Positions 34,840 through 45,100 of a stretch of DNA of 47,566 nucleotides are shown in pieces; position 1 is the first letter of the stretch; every line of letters starts with the position of its first letter. Origin of the DNA: an uncultured Gammaproteobacteria bacterium (lineage in GTDB: Bacteria > Patescibacteriota > Patescibacteriia > Patescibacteriales > UBA12465). The position numbers and the translations under genes were made by a program. The notes beneath the pieces are model-generated. The model was not told the origin of the DNA and did not search any database. It was given only the letters and a program-made list of their open reading frames with translations. The DNA lies in NCBI GenBank assembly GCA_964540285.1, contig CAZILW010000004.1, positions 1-47,566 on the forward strand. Reading direction: 5' to 3'.

Positions 34840-35091
34840 ATGATAGTTAAACCAAATTCTTCCTTAGAAAATAAAACTGGCTCTTGGCGATCTTATTGTC
34901 CAGAGGTTGATATTGATAAGTGTATTGCTTGTGGAATTTGTTCTAAGATTTGTCCAGACAGTGCGGCTGAACTGGTAAAAATAAAAGGACAAATAAAAGC
35001 TAAAATTAATTATGATTATTGTAAGGGCTGTGGTTTGTGTGCTAAAGAATGTCCGGTAAAAGCTATTTCCATGAAAGAAGAAAAAAAATAA
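34840..35091 (+). CDS. porD: Pyruvate/2-oxoacid:ferredoxin oxidoreductase delta subunit (2x[4Fe-4S])
   Basis: KTGSWR, CIACGICSKICP and YCKGCGLCAKECP. Confidence 0.93.
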   Translation: MIVKPNSSLENKTGSWRSYCPEVDIDKCIACGICSKICPDSAAELVKIKGQIKAKINYDYCKGCGLCAKECPVKAISMKEEKK

Positions 35092-35114
35092 TTTAGATAT
35101 TTTAATTATAAAAT

Positions 35115-37520
35115 ATGTACGACTATAAAAATGTAGAAAAAAAATGGCAAAAGTATTGGGAAGAAAATAAAATATATAAAACTGAAATTGACCAAAGTAG
35201 GGATAAATTTTATAGCTTGGTTGAGTTTCCCTATCCGTCTGGGGCTGGCGTTCACGTTGGTCACGTTAAGGGCCAGACAGCGGTAGATATTTTTTCTCGT
35301 TTTAAGAGAATGAATGGTTTTAATGTTTTAAATGCTATGGGTTGGGATGCTTTTGGTTTACCAGCCGAAAACTTTGCTATTAAAAACAAAAAACATCCAG
35401 GTGATTTTACTAGAAAAAATATTGAAAATTTTCGTAGACAAATTAAAAGCTGTGGCTCTTCTTTTGATTGGGATAGAGAAATTGATACAACCGATCCAAA
35501 ATATTATAAATGGACTCAGTGGATATTTTTAAAACTATTTGAAATGGGTTTGGCTTATGAAAAAGACGCCCCTATAAATTGGTGTCCTTCTTGCAAAACT
35601 GGCTTGGCTAACGAAGAGGTTGTTGACGGGAAATGCGAGAGGTGTGAAAATTCTGTTGAGCAAAAAAACATGAAACAGTGGTTTTTAAAAATCACTGATT
35701 ATGCTGAAAAATTACTAGATGATTTGCGTGATTTAAATTGGCCTGAGTATATCAAAACTAGTCAAAAAAATTGGATTGGAAAATCTGAGGGGGCAGAAAT
35801 CGATTTTAATATTGAAGACTTTTCAGAAAAAATAAAAGTTTTCACAACCAGAATAGATACAATTTTTGGCTGTACTTACGTAGTTTTGGCTCCAGAAAAT
35901 AGTTTGGTTTTAAAGCTAAAAGAAAAAATTAAAAACTGGGCCGAGGTTCAAGATTATATAGCTAAGATAAAAAACAAATCAGATTTAGAGAGAACAGATT
36001 TAAACAAAGAAAAAAGTGGTATTAAGTTGGAGGGAGTTAAAGCTATCAATCCTTTTAATAATGAAAAAGTTGATATTTTTATAGCTGATTATGTTTTGTC
36101 TTCTTATGGAACTGGGGCTGTTATGGCTGTTCCCGCTCATGATGAACGTGATTTTGAATTTGCTCAAAAGTATAATTTAGAAATAAAACGAGTTATTGTA
36201 AGCAGTAATAGTATTGAGGAGTGCTATACTGAAGACGGACGTCTAATAAGCTCGGGTGATTTTACAAACCTATCTTCAGCTGAAGCTCGAGTTAAAATGA
36301 TTGCTTGGGGGGAGAAAAATGCCTTTGCTGAAAAAAGAATAAATTATAAATTGAGAGATTGGCTTTTTTCCAGACAAAGATATTGGGGTGAGCCAATTCC
36401 AATAATTAAATGTTCTGACTGTGGCAATGTTCCGGTTCCAGAAGACGAACTTCCACTTCTTTTACCTGAAATTGAAAATTATGAACCTAGCGGTACTGGA
36501 GAATCGCCTTTGGCTAAAATTGATTCTTGGGTTAATGTTAAGTGTCCAAAATGCGGTCAAGATGCTAAAAGAGAAACCAACACCATGCCTCAATGGGCCG
36601 GCTCTTCCTGGTATTTTTTGAGATATATAGATCCACACAATGACAAACAAATGGCCTCTGAAGAAAATTTAAAATATTTTATGCCAGTTGATATTTATTT
36701 TGGTGGGGCGGAGCATACCACTGTTCATCTTTTGTATTCTAGATTTTGGAACAAAGCTTTATTTGATAAAGGGATTGTTCCTGTGTCTGAGCCTTACAAG
36801 AGGAGGGTTCAACATGGTTTAATATTGGCTGAAGATGGAAGAAAAATGAGTAAAAGGTGGGGTAATGTAATTAATCCAGATGATGTAATAGAGTCTTACG
36901 GAGCTGACGTTATGAGAGTTTATATTATGTTTATGGGGCCTTATGAAGATACTTCAGCTTGGTCTACCTCAGCTATTAATGGTATTAGTCGTTTTGTAAA
37001 TAAGGTTTGGTCTTTGTCAGAAAAAAATATTGGCAGTGAACCATCAGACAAAGAAACATTAAATATTTTACATAAAACTATTAAAAAAATTAGCGAAGAC
37101 ATTGAAAATATTTCTTTTCACACCGCCATTTCTCAATTGATGATTCTATTGAACCATTTGTCGTCTAAAGATAGAATAAATAAAGAAGTTTTTGAAACTT
37201 ATCTTAAATTGTTAGCTCCCTTTACTCCGCATCTTTCAGAAGAGCTTTATCAATTGATAAAATCAGATGAAAAGCAAAGCATATTTAATCTTTCTTGGCC
37301 CGAATATGACCTTGAATTGATTAAAGATGAAAAAGTTAAGATAGCTATTCAGATTAATGGAAAGCTTCGAGATAGTGTTGAGTTTGATTTTGACAGTGAA
37401 GAAGATTTTGTTTTGTCTGTAGTTAAAGAGAGAGATTTGGTCAAGAGATGGTTAGAAGGAAAAGATATTGTAAAGATTATTTTTGTTAAAAACAGATTAA
37501 TGAATATAGTTGTTAAATAG
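35115..37520 (+). CDS. leuS: Leucine--tRNA ligase
   Basis: FPYPSGAGVHVGH, GWDAFGLPAEN, DWLFSRQRYWGEP and KMSKR. Confidence 0.98.
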   Translation: MYDYKNVEKKWQKYWEENKIYKTEIDQSRDKFYSLVEFPYPSGAGVHVGHVKGQTAVDIFSRFKRMNGFNVLNAMGWDAFGLPAENFAIKNKKHPGDFTRKNIENFRRQIKSCGSSFDWDREIDTTDPKYYKWTQWIFLKLFEMGLAYEKDAPINWCPSCKTGLANEEVVDGKCERCENSVEQKNMKQWFLKITDYAEKLLDDLRDLNWPEYIKTSQKNWIGKSEGAEIDFNIEDFSEKIKVFTTRIDTIFGCTYVVLAPENSLVLKLKEKIKNWAEVQDYIAKIKNKSDLERTDLNKEKSGIKLEGVKAINPFNNEKVDIFIADYVLSSYGTGAVMAVPAHDERDFEFAQKYNLEIKRVIVSSNSIEECYTEDGRLISSGDFTNLSSAEARVKMIAWGEKNAFAEKRINYKLRDWLFSRQRYWGEPIPIIKCSDCGNVPVPEDELPLLLPEIENYEPSGTGESPLAKIDSWVNVKCPKCGQDAKRETNTMPQWAGSSWYFLRYIDPHNDKQMASEENLKYFMPVDIYFGGAEHTTVHLLYSRFWNKALFDKGIVPVSEPYKRRVQHGLILAEDGRKMSKRWGNVINPDDVIESYGADVMRVYIMFMGPYEDTSAWSTSAINGISRFVNKVWSLSEKNIGSEPSDKETLNILHKTIKKISEDIENISFHTAISQLMILLNHLSSKDRINKEVFETYLKLLAPFTPHLSEELYQLIKSDEKQSIFNLSWPEYDLELIKDEKVKIAIQINGKLRDSVEFDFDSEEDFVLSVVKERDLVKRWLEGKDIVKIIFVKNRLMNIVVK

Positions 37521-37522
37521 AT

Positions 37523-38356
37523 ATGAATCTTCTTAAACAAACTTTAGATTTATGTAAAATGTATGATATCAGGCCTTCTAAATCAAAGGGGCAAAATTTT
37601 TTAGTTAATAAAGACATTTATGATCTAATAATCTCTACAGCCGACTTAAAGCCAGATGATGTGGTTTTGGAAGTTGGCCCTGGGCTAGGCATTATGACCT
37701 TTAAAATGTCTGAAAAAGTTAAAAAGGTCTTAGCTGTTGAATTGGATGATAAGCTGGCTAATCTTTTAAAAACCTCTATAATTTCTCAGAAGAGAGAGAA
37801 TATAAAAATTTTTAACAATGATGTTTTAAAGATAAGAGGAGAAAATATTTCTAAAATAGGTAAGTATAAAATAGTTGCTAATTTACCTTATAATATCACT
37901 TCTATTTTTTTAAGAAAATTCTTAAGCCTAAATAATAAACCAGAATCTATTGTTTTGTTGCTACAAAAAGAAGTGGTTGATAGAATTATAGCCACTCCTC
38001 CAGACATGAGTCTTTTATCTATTTCGGTGCAGTTTTACGCCGAAGTTTTTAAAATTGCTGAAGTTTCTAAAGAAAATTTTTATCCAGCACCTAAAATTGA
38101 TAGTGCTATTATTAAAATTGTTCCTAAAAAAGAAAAAATATTCAGTGACTATCAAATAGAAAAAAAATTTTTTAAATTACTAAGACAGGGATTTTCAGCT
38201 AAAAGAAAAATGCTTAAAAATAATTTGTCTTTAGCTTTAAGCGTTAAACAAGAAAGAATTAATGAGATTTTTTTATCTTTAAATATTAGTCCTAAATGTC
38301 GAGCAGAGGATTTATCTTTAAATGATTGGTTAAAAATTTTTGAAAAATTAAAATAA
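37523..38356 (+). CDS. rsmA: 16S rRNA m6,2A dimethyltransferase RsmA/KsgA
   Basis: GQNFL, LEVGPGLG, VANLPYNI, QKEV and RAEDLS. Confidence 0.96.
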   Translation: MNLLKQTLDLCKMYDIRPSKSKGQNFLVNKDIYDLIISTADLKPDDVVLEVGPGLGIMTFKMSEKVKKVLAVELDDKLANLLKTSIISQKRENIKIFNNDVLKIRGENISKIGKYKIVANLPYNITSIFLRKFLSLNNKPESIVLLLQKEVVDRIIATPPDMSLLSISVQFYAEVFKIAEVSKENFYPAPKIDSAIIKIVPKKEKIFSDYQIEKKFFKLLRQGFSAKRKMLKNNLSLALSVKQERINEIFLSLNISPKCRAEDLSLNDWLKIFEKLK

Positions 38357-38456
38357 TTTTTTATACTAAAATAATTTTATTTTTTTTCTTGCTTTTTTGG
38401 TAAAAATATTATAATATTTATTATGAACTATAATAGATTTAATTCTTTTAATTAAT

Positions 38457-39077
38457 ATGGATAAAGAGCGAAAAATAGCTTTAGGTGTTTTAGGTGTTTT
38501 TTCTTTGTTGGTGATTGTTATTTTTTTTATTAATTTAAGAAATAATATTAAAAAACCCTTTGTTATACCAAGAACAGAAAATGCTAACAAACAAGACTCC
38601 TCTTGTGCTGATGGAAGTTGTTTGTCGGGAAATAATTTAAACTCTAACAATTTGGACTTAAAATTAGTGGATACTGATGGCGATACCATTTCTGACTGGG
38701 ATGAACTTTTTATTCATGGCACATCTCCCTATTTGGAAGATACTGATGGTGATGGATTAAGTGATTATGAGGAAATATTTATCTATAAAACCGACCCTCT
38801 TTGTCCTCAAGGTCAAAGCTGTTCTTCTTCTGTAAATACAGATCAGTCGACTAGTCAGGTTATCGGAAATAGTGGAGGCCTAAACAATAACACCTCTTTA
38901 AATCAGACTTTAAATTCGGACGTTTTAAATCAGATTTATAATATATCTCCAGCCGAACTTAGGCAACAATTAATAGATGCTGGTTTTGATAAATCTGAAA
39001 TAGATTTAATTAGTGATGAGGAGTTGTTAAATATTTATCAGCAATCTCTTTATCAGACCATCCAATCAGGTCAATAA
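38457..39077 (+). CDS. Membrane-anchored protein with DxDxDG (thrombospondin type-3-like) Ca-binding repeats
   Basis: TM segment, then DTDGDTISDWDE...GTSPYLEDTDGDGLSDYEE...TDPLCP. Confidence 0.85.
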   Translation: MDKERKIALGVLGVFSLLVIVIFFINLRNNIKKPFVIPRTENANKQDSSCADGSCLSGNNLNSNNLDLKLVDTDGDTISDWDELFIHGTSPYLEDTDGDGLSDYEEIFIYKTDPLCPQGQSCSSSVNTDQSTSQVIGNSGGLNNNTSLNQTLNSDVLNQIYNISPAELRQQLIDAGFDKSEIDLISDEELLNIYQQSLYQTIQSGQ

Positions 39078-39102
39078 TAAATTAAAAGTTTATAAATATA
39101 TT

Positions 39103-42100
39103 ATGACTAACAATAAACCTGCTCAGTCAAAATTCAAAAAGGGCATTTTGCTTTTTTTATTGTTCTCATTCATTTTTAGTTTTTCTTTGTTTCCTCAAAA
39201 GGCCTATGCCTTTTCTGATATAATTGGAGGTCCGGTGGCCGTTATCAGAAAGGTGACTGATTGGGTGGAAAAAAATAAAGATAAGTTTTTAGTTAAGATG
39301 GGTGCTAACATGTTTCAATCTGCTTTAAGATCATCTTTGTTTACATTGGCTTATGATGGAGCTGTTTATTTAGGAACTGGAATAGGCGGTCAAAAGCCAA
39401 CTTGGGAAACTGATTATTGGACAAAATATGGTGATAATATTAGAGATGCTGCTATTGGTGAGGCCCTTGATCTTCTTGGTCAGGAGTGGGATTTTAATTT
39501 TTGCGAACCCAATATAGATATAAAAACAAAAATTGGTTTAGGGTTAACTCATAATTATAGAGAGACTACACCTAGTTGTGGATGGCAACAAATGAAAGCT
39601 GGCTGGAAAAGTGAATTTGACAGATGGGAGTCTTATGCTGAGGATCCTAAAAAGTTTTTAGACCAGGTTGTTGCTTCAATTGATCCAGCTGGTAGCGATA
39701 TTGGAATAACTATGAGTTTATTGGATAAAGTTTTGGAAACAGGAAATAAAGAAAAAGAAAAAGTAGAGACTCAGTTAAAATTTAGTCAGGGTTGGTTAGA
39801 TGTTAGAAGTATAGGTGACAAGCAAAAATCTGTTCCGGGCGCTATTGAAGGAGAGGTTCAGCAAACTAGAGATTTAGCAACCAAAACTTTTGGACAAACA
39901 ACTGGGGATATTTTTGTTGACGCTGTTAACATTTTTTCCAATCAACTTTTGCTATCAACTATAAATTCTCTTTTAAAATCTTATTCTGAAGGTTCTTATA
40001 GTTGGTTTGGCAGGGATTGGGACAGAAACCCTCTTGCGGCACCAGAATTTGATTCTGGAGAGACCGACCCCTCTACTTTTTATACTAAAGCTGGATTATC
40101 AGAAACCTTGAAAAAAGTTTTAACTCCGAAATTTACAGAAAAAACTGATTATAGTATTTTGGCCGAATTAATGATTTGTAATAGTCAAAGTACTTATAGT
40201 GGTCCTAATAATTGTGTTATTAATCAATCATTTGGTAGGGCTATTGAAAATAAAAACACATTAATAGACGCTATTGAAAATGGGTCAATTTCGGCTGGTA
40301 TGTTGTTTTCAGAAAAGGGTAGTTATCAAAACACTTTGAATAGAAGATCTTTAATGATTTTAAGAAAGTTTCGTATAGTTCCTATTGCCTGGGAAGAGGC
40401 TTTAAATAGAATTATTCCTTTACAAGAATCTAACTCTGGTCAGTACACTATTATGGATATGGTTTCTTGTTTTAGTGGGGATGATGAGTATAATCAATTT
40501 AGTAAAAATTTTCCTCATGATCCTAGTAATAATAGTGAAATGGAGTGGTGTCGTGGCTTGGTTGATCCTCACTGGGTTTTAAAAGCCCCTATGAATTATT
40601 GTGCTCGACAGGGTTATGGAGGTCATGTTTTATCAACTCAAACTATCTCTATCCCAGATACAAAAGATTCTGAGGGTAATATTATAAATGCAGGAACTGA
40701 AAATATTTTAATTGTTCGAAGCGATACCTATTGTGCTGATGAAAGGTCTTGTATAAGAGAGGCTGGGGATGGTTCCTGTCAATTTTATGGTTATTGTACA
40801 GAGGAAAAAAGAACTTGGAATTTTAATAGTGATTCTTGTTCCTCTATTTTTAATACTTGCCAATCGTTTACTAGTTCTTCTGGAAAAAAATTAGCTTTAC
40901 TTAAAAACACCATTCAGTATAGTCCTTGTGATGCCAGTAATGCTGGTTGTACGGTTTATTCCACTAACGGTGTTTACAACGAAAACACTTCTAAGGTTTC
41001 TTGGGTAAATAATACTTTTGAGCCAGGCGATAGTTTGATTAATTTGAATAGAAAAGTAGAATCTTGTTCTGCAGCTTCTGAGGGTTGTGACGAGTTTATT
41101 AGAACTAAATCTGGTTTTGGCCATAATTTTATTATTAATGGTAGTTTTGAATCCGATGAAGGTTGGCAGTCTTATTTTAATGATGGTAAAATTCAGAGCA
41201 ATATTGGTTATAATGGAAGTAGGGGGATATTTTTGACTAGTGGAGATACATTGAATGGCTTGACTTCTGTTGGTCCTGATAATAACTTTTTAAAAGGTGA
41301 GACATTTACTTTTTCTTTTTATTCTAAGTGTACTGCCACTTCGACTGCCTTTATAGCTGATATGCCAACAGCCGATCATAGAATAATAGCCCCTTCTACT
41401 GATTTTTCTTATCAAAGTGTTTCTTATACTTATCCTAATAACCATTCAGGGTCAGACGTTGTTTTTAGAATAAACGTTGGTTCAAATTCTCAATGTTATT
41501 TTGATCAATTAAAACTAGAGAAGGGTGCCGTTGGAACTTTTTATTCTGATTATAGAGGTAATGGATTAGTTTATATTAAAACAATCCCAGATTATTTAAA
41601 AAAACAATGCTATGTTGACCCATATTCTAGCACTCCTAATTTCAGTTTAAAATCAAATGCTCCAGCTGCATGTTACCGTTATGCTAGACTTTGTAATTTT
41701 AATGAATTAGGATGTGATTTATTTAAAATGGCTGATGGTAGAAATATTCCAGCCAAAGCTATGGACAAAGATTATTGTCCAGCTGAGTGTGATGGTTATA
41801 ATGTTTATGTTCAAAAATCTACCATATTTGAAAGTGATTCGCCGCACAGACTTATACCAACTACAGCTAAAAAATGTTCAGCAAACAGTGCTGGTTGTAC
41901 AGAGTTTACAAACTTAGAAGACTTATCTAGTGGAGGAGAGAGGGTCGAATATTATTCTTATCTAAGACAATGTATAAAACCAAATGAAGGAACTTGTTCT
42001 AGTTTTTATTCTTGGGAGGGAAATGATGAAAGCGGATATCAATTAAGATCGTTTAATTTGTCGATTAAGAACTCCCAACCCTCTTTAACTGAAGGAAATT

Positions 42101-45100
42101 TATTTTCTGATGGTAATTCTTATAAGCATATAATTGGCGGAGTCGATGTTTGTAGTAGTGAAATAATAAAATTAAACCCCTCTAATCCTAGATACAGTTC
42201 AGATTGTAGAGAAATGTATAATCAGGCAGGTGATATTTTTTATGTTTTGTATTCAAAAACTATAACTTGTTCTGACAAATGTACGCTTTATAGAATGACT
42301 GAAAGAAATATAAACAGAAATATCTCAGGTGTTAATGGCTCTACAGATTGCAACAATTTAAATGCGGGAGGAAAAACGGTAGCTAAGTGGGCAACTGCCA
42401 CAACAGACGATTATACAAATAATGAATCTGTTAGCGGTTTTGTTTGTTTCCATTGTTTAAATGGTGGTGTCTGGGACGAAGGACAGCAAGCTTGTGTTTA
42501 TAAAGCTATTCCTGGCGAGGGAAAATCCTGTTCCTCTTCTGAAAATTATTGTCGTGAATATGGAGGAAATACAGCCAGCAATGTTAGGATTGTTACTTCA
42601 TATGATTTTGAACAAGATGTCTCCGGCTGGCAAGGCGGAGTAAGCTCTGAAACCTCTCTAAGCAACAATGGAAGATCAATGAGAATAAATCCATCATCTG
42701 AATCTAATAGGTCTATTTCCGGATTAGTAAAAGGAAAATCTTATCTGTTAAGTTTCTTGGCTAGAAATCATGGCGAGAATACTGACAGTAGCTCTGATTT
42801 GGAAATTTATTTTATAAATTCAAAAGGTGATATATCTAATTTTAAAACTATAAGTCCTGTAAATGGAGAGAGTATTAATAATATTTCTATAAAAGGCTCT
42901 GCTTGGCAGGTTTACAGAATTTCCTTAGATGAATTAAATCATGATATTGATTCTGGTGAAAAAATTGTTATCAAAAATACTAGCACTAACATTGTTTATG
43001 TTGATGATTTAATTTTATCTGAGTCAGCCAACAGGTATTATTTAATTAAAAACTCTTGGAAAACTCCTAATATTTGTTACTACGATCAAACCTCTAAATA
43101 TCAAGGTTCAAATTATAACTTGGGCTGTTTGGCTTATTTAGATCGAGCTAATAATAAGCATTATTTAAGACAATTTACTAAATTGTGTGACGAATCAGCT
43201 GTGGGTTGTGAATTGATGATTGATACTCACAATTATACCCCAAAAGAAGAGGCGGTTTTCTTATCAGGAGAATTAAATACAGGATTGAATTCATGCTCTT
43301 CTAATCTTGGAGACTGTGTTAAAGTTCCTAAAGATAATTTTTCTTTAGTTGTTTATGATAGTACTAAAATTTGTAATTCAGCTGACAAGGGTTGTTCTCT
43401 TTTAGGAAAGGCAATATCTAATATTTACTCCACCAATATGAATTATACTTATCAGGATATTTATGTTAAAAATAATCCAGATAAATATAATCAAGGAATA
43501 CTTTGTTCCAGAGAGGCGGTGGGTTGTGACGCTTGGTCATCTTCTGCTGGCGACAATTATTTTAAAGATCCAATGGACAATGTCTGTCAGCTCGTAGATA
43601 ATAAATGGTACGCTAAAAAGGTAAAAAGATGCTTGCCTTCAAATATGACTTTTGCAGCTGATAGTGCTCCTATTAGCAGTTTACCTAAAGCTTGTAATAC
43701 CGATTCTGATTGTCCACTTGAGACTGTTTGTAAACTAGATGAAACTAATTATCTTTGCCCAGTTGATTCTGATTTTGAAATAATAAAAACAATTGGTAGT
43801 GACGGCGCTTTGGTTAGCCAACCAAGACCAGAAGCTAACGGGGTTAATTGGACAGGTCTTTGTCCCTTAAAAGAGTCTAGCTGTACGGAATATATAGACC
43901 CAGAAAGTTCTTTTAATCCTAATCTAGTCTCTAATCCTAATTTTGCTGATATTGATGATGATAATCTTTATTTTGATGGTTGGTCTCCAGTTGATTCAAA
44001 TGGTGAAACAGCTTTATCTGGACAACAATGTTCTGTTAATTCTAATGATCAAATATCATGTACTCAAACAGCATCTTCCTACTATTTTAAGCAATCAAAT
44101 TATTTCCTAGAGGCTTACAAACTTTATACTATAAAATATAAAAATTTAAAAAGTTTAAGAATAAAATGTCAAAATCATTTTTATGAGTTAAATTCAGCTA
44201 ATATTTTAAATTTAATTCCTAACTCTTCCTTTTATAGTGTACAGCCACTACCCCAATATCCAGCAATTAATACTTCAAAGTTTGTTTTCTATTCCGCTAA
44301 TAATAATTCCAATGCTTGCGAGCTAGTTATTGAAATAGCTCCTAGTACCAAAATTAATGATATTTCTTTGGAATGGAGAGAACTGATTGTTGATTATAAG
44401 ATAAAAGATAATTTAGATTTTAAATCTTGCAATTTTCCTGAATTTAATCGAGGTTGTATTTTGTTTAACGAAAGGTCAGTCAGGTCAAGTGGATATCCTA
44501 ATTTTGAAACATTAATTTATGATTCAAGTAATTACAGTCAGTATAACCCTTCAAATCAAAACAATTATAAAGATGCTAATAAACTTGTAAAGGTTAGCCC
44601 GGACAGAGTTTGTGGTAAATGGTTGTCTTGTTATTCTTACACTACTGAAAAAGATGAAAAAGGAAATGATAAAAATGTTTGCTTGCAAATTGGACAATGT
44701 ACATCTATGGATGCTAGCGGTAATTGTTTGAATTTTTCTAAGTCAACTCCTGGGAATAGAAGCTTTAATTCAGCCAAAGATGCTAATGTTAGTGGTTATT
44801 CATTGCTTAATCATTATTATTTAGATGCTATGATTCAAAGAGGTAATTCTTCTTTGTTTGATAGTGACTTTGAGGGTCCTGGAGATTTAAATAAATGGAC
44901 AAGAGTGGATGGTGGCAATATTCCGAATGATTGTATTATTTCTAAAAGTTCTGACACTAAAGGAAGTTCTTTTCCTTCAAACACTGATGTTTATCCATCT
45001 CCTTCTAATTTGGGCTTTGTTAGAATAGGCGGTAGCGATAATTGTAATTGGGATTGGAAAACATCTGAGAGTTTAAACACCTCCGTTCAAACAGATTATT

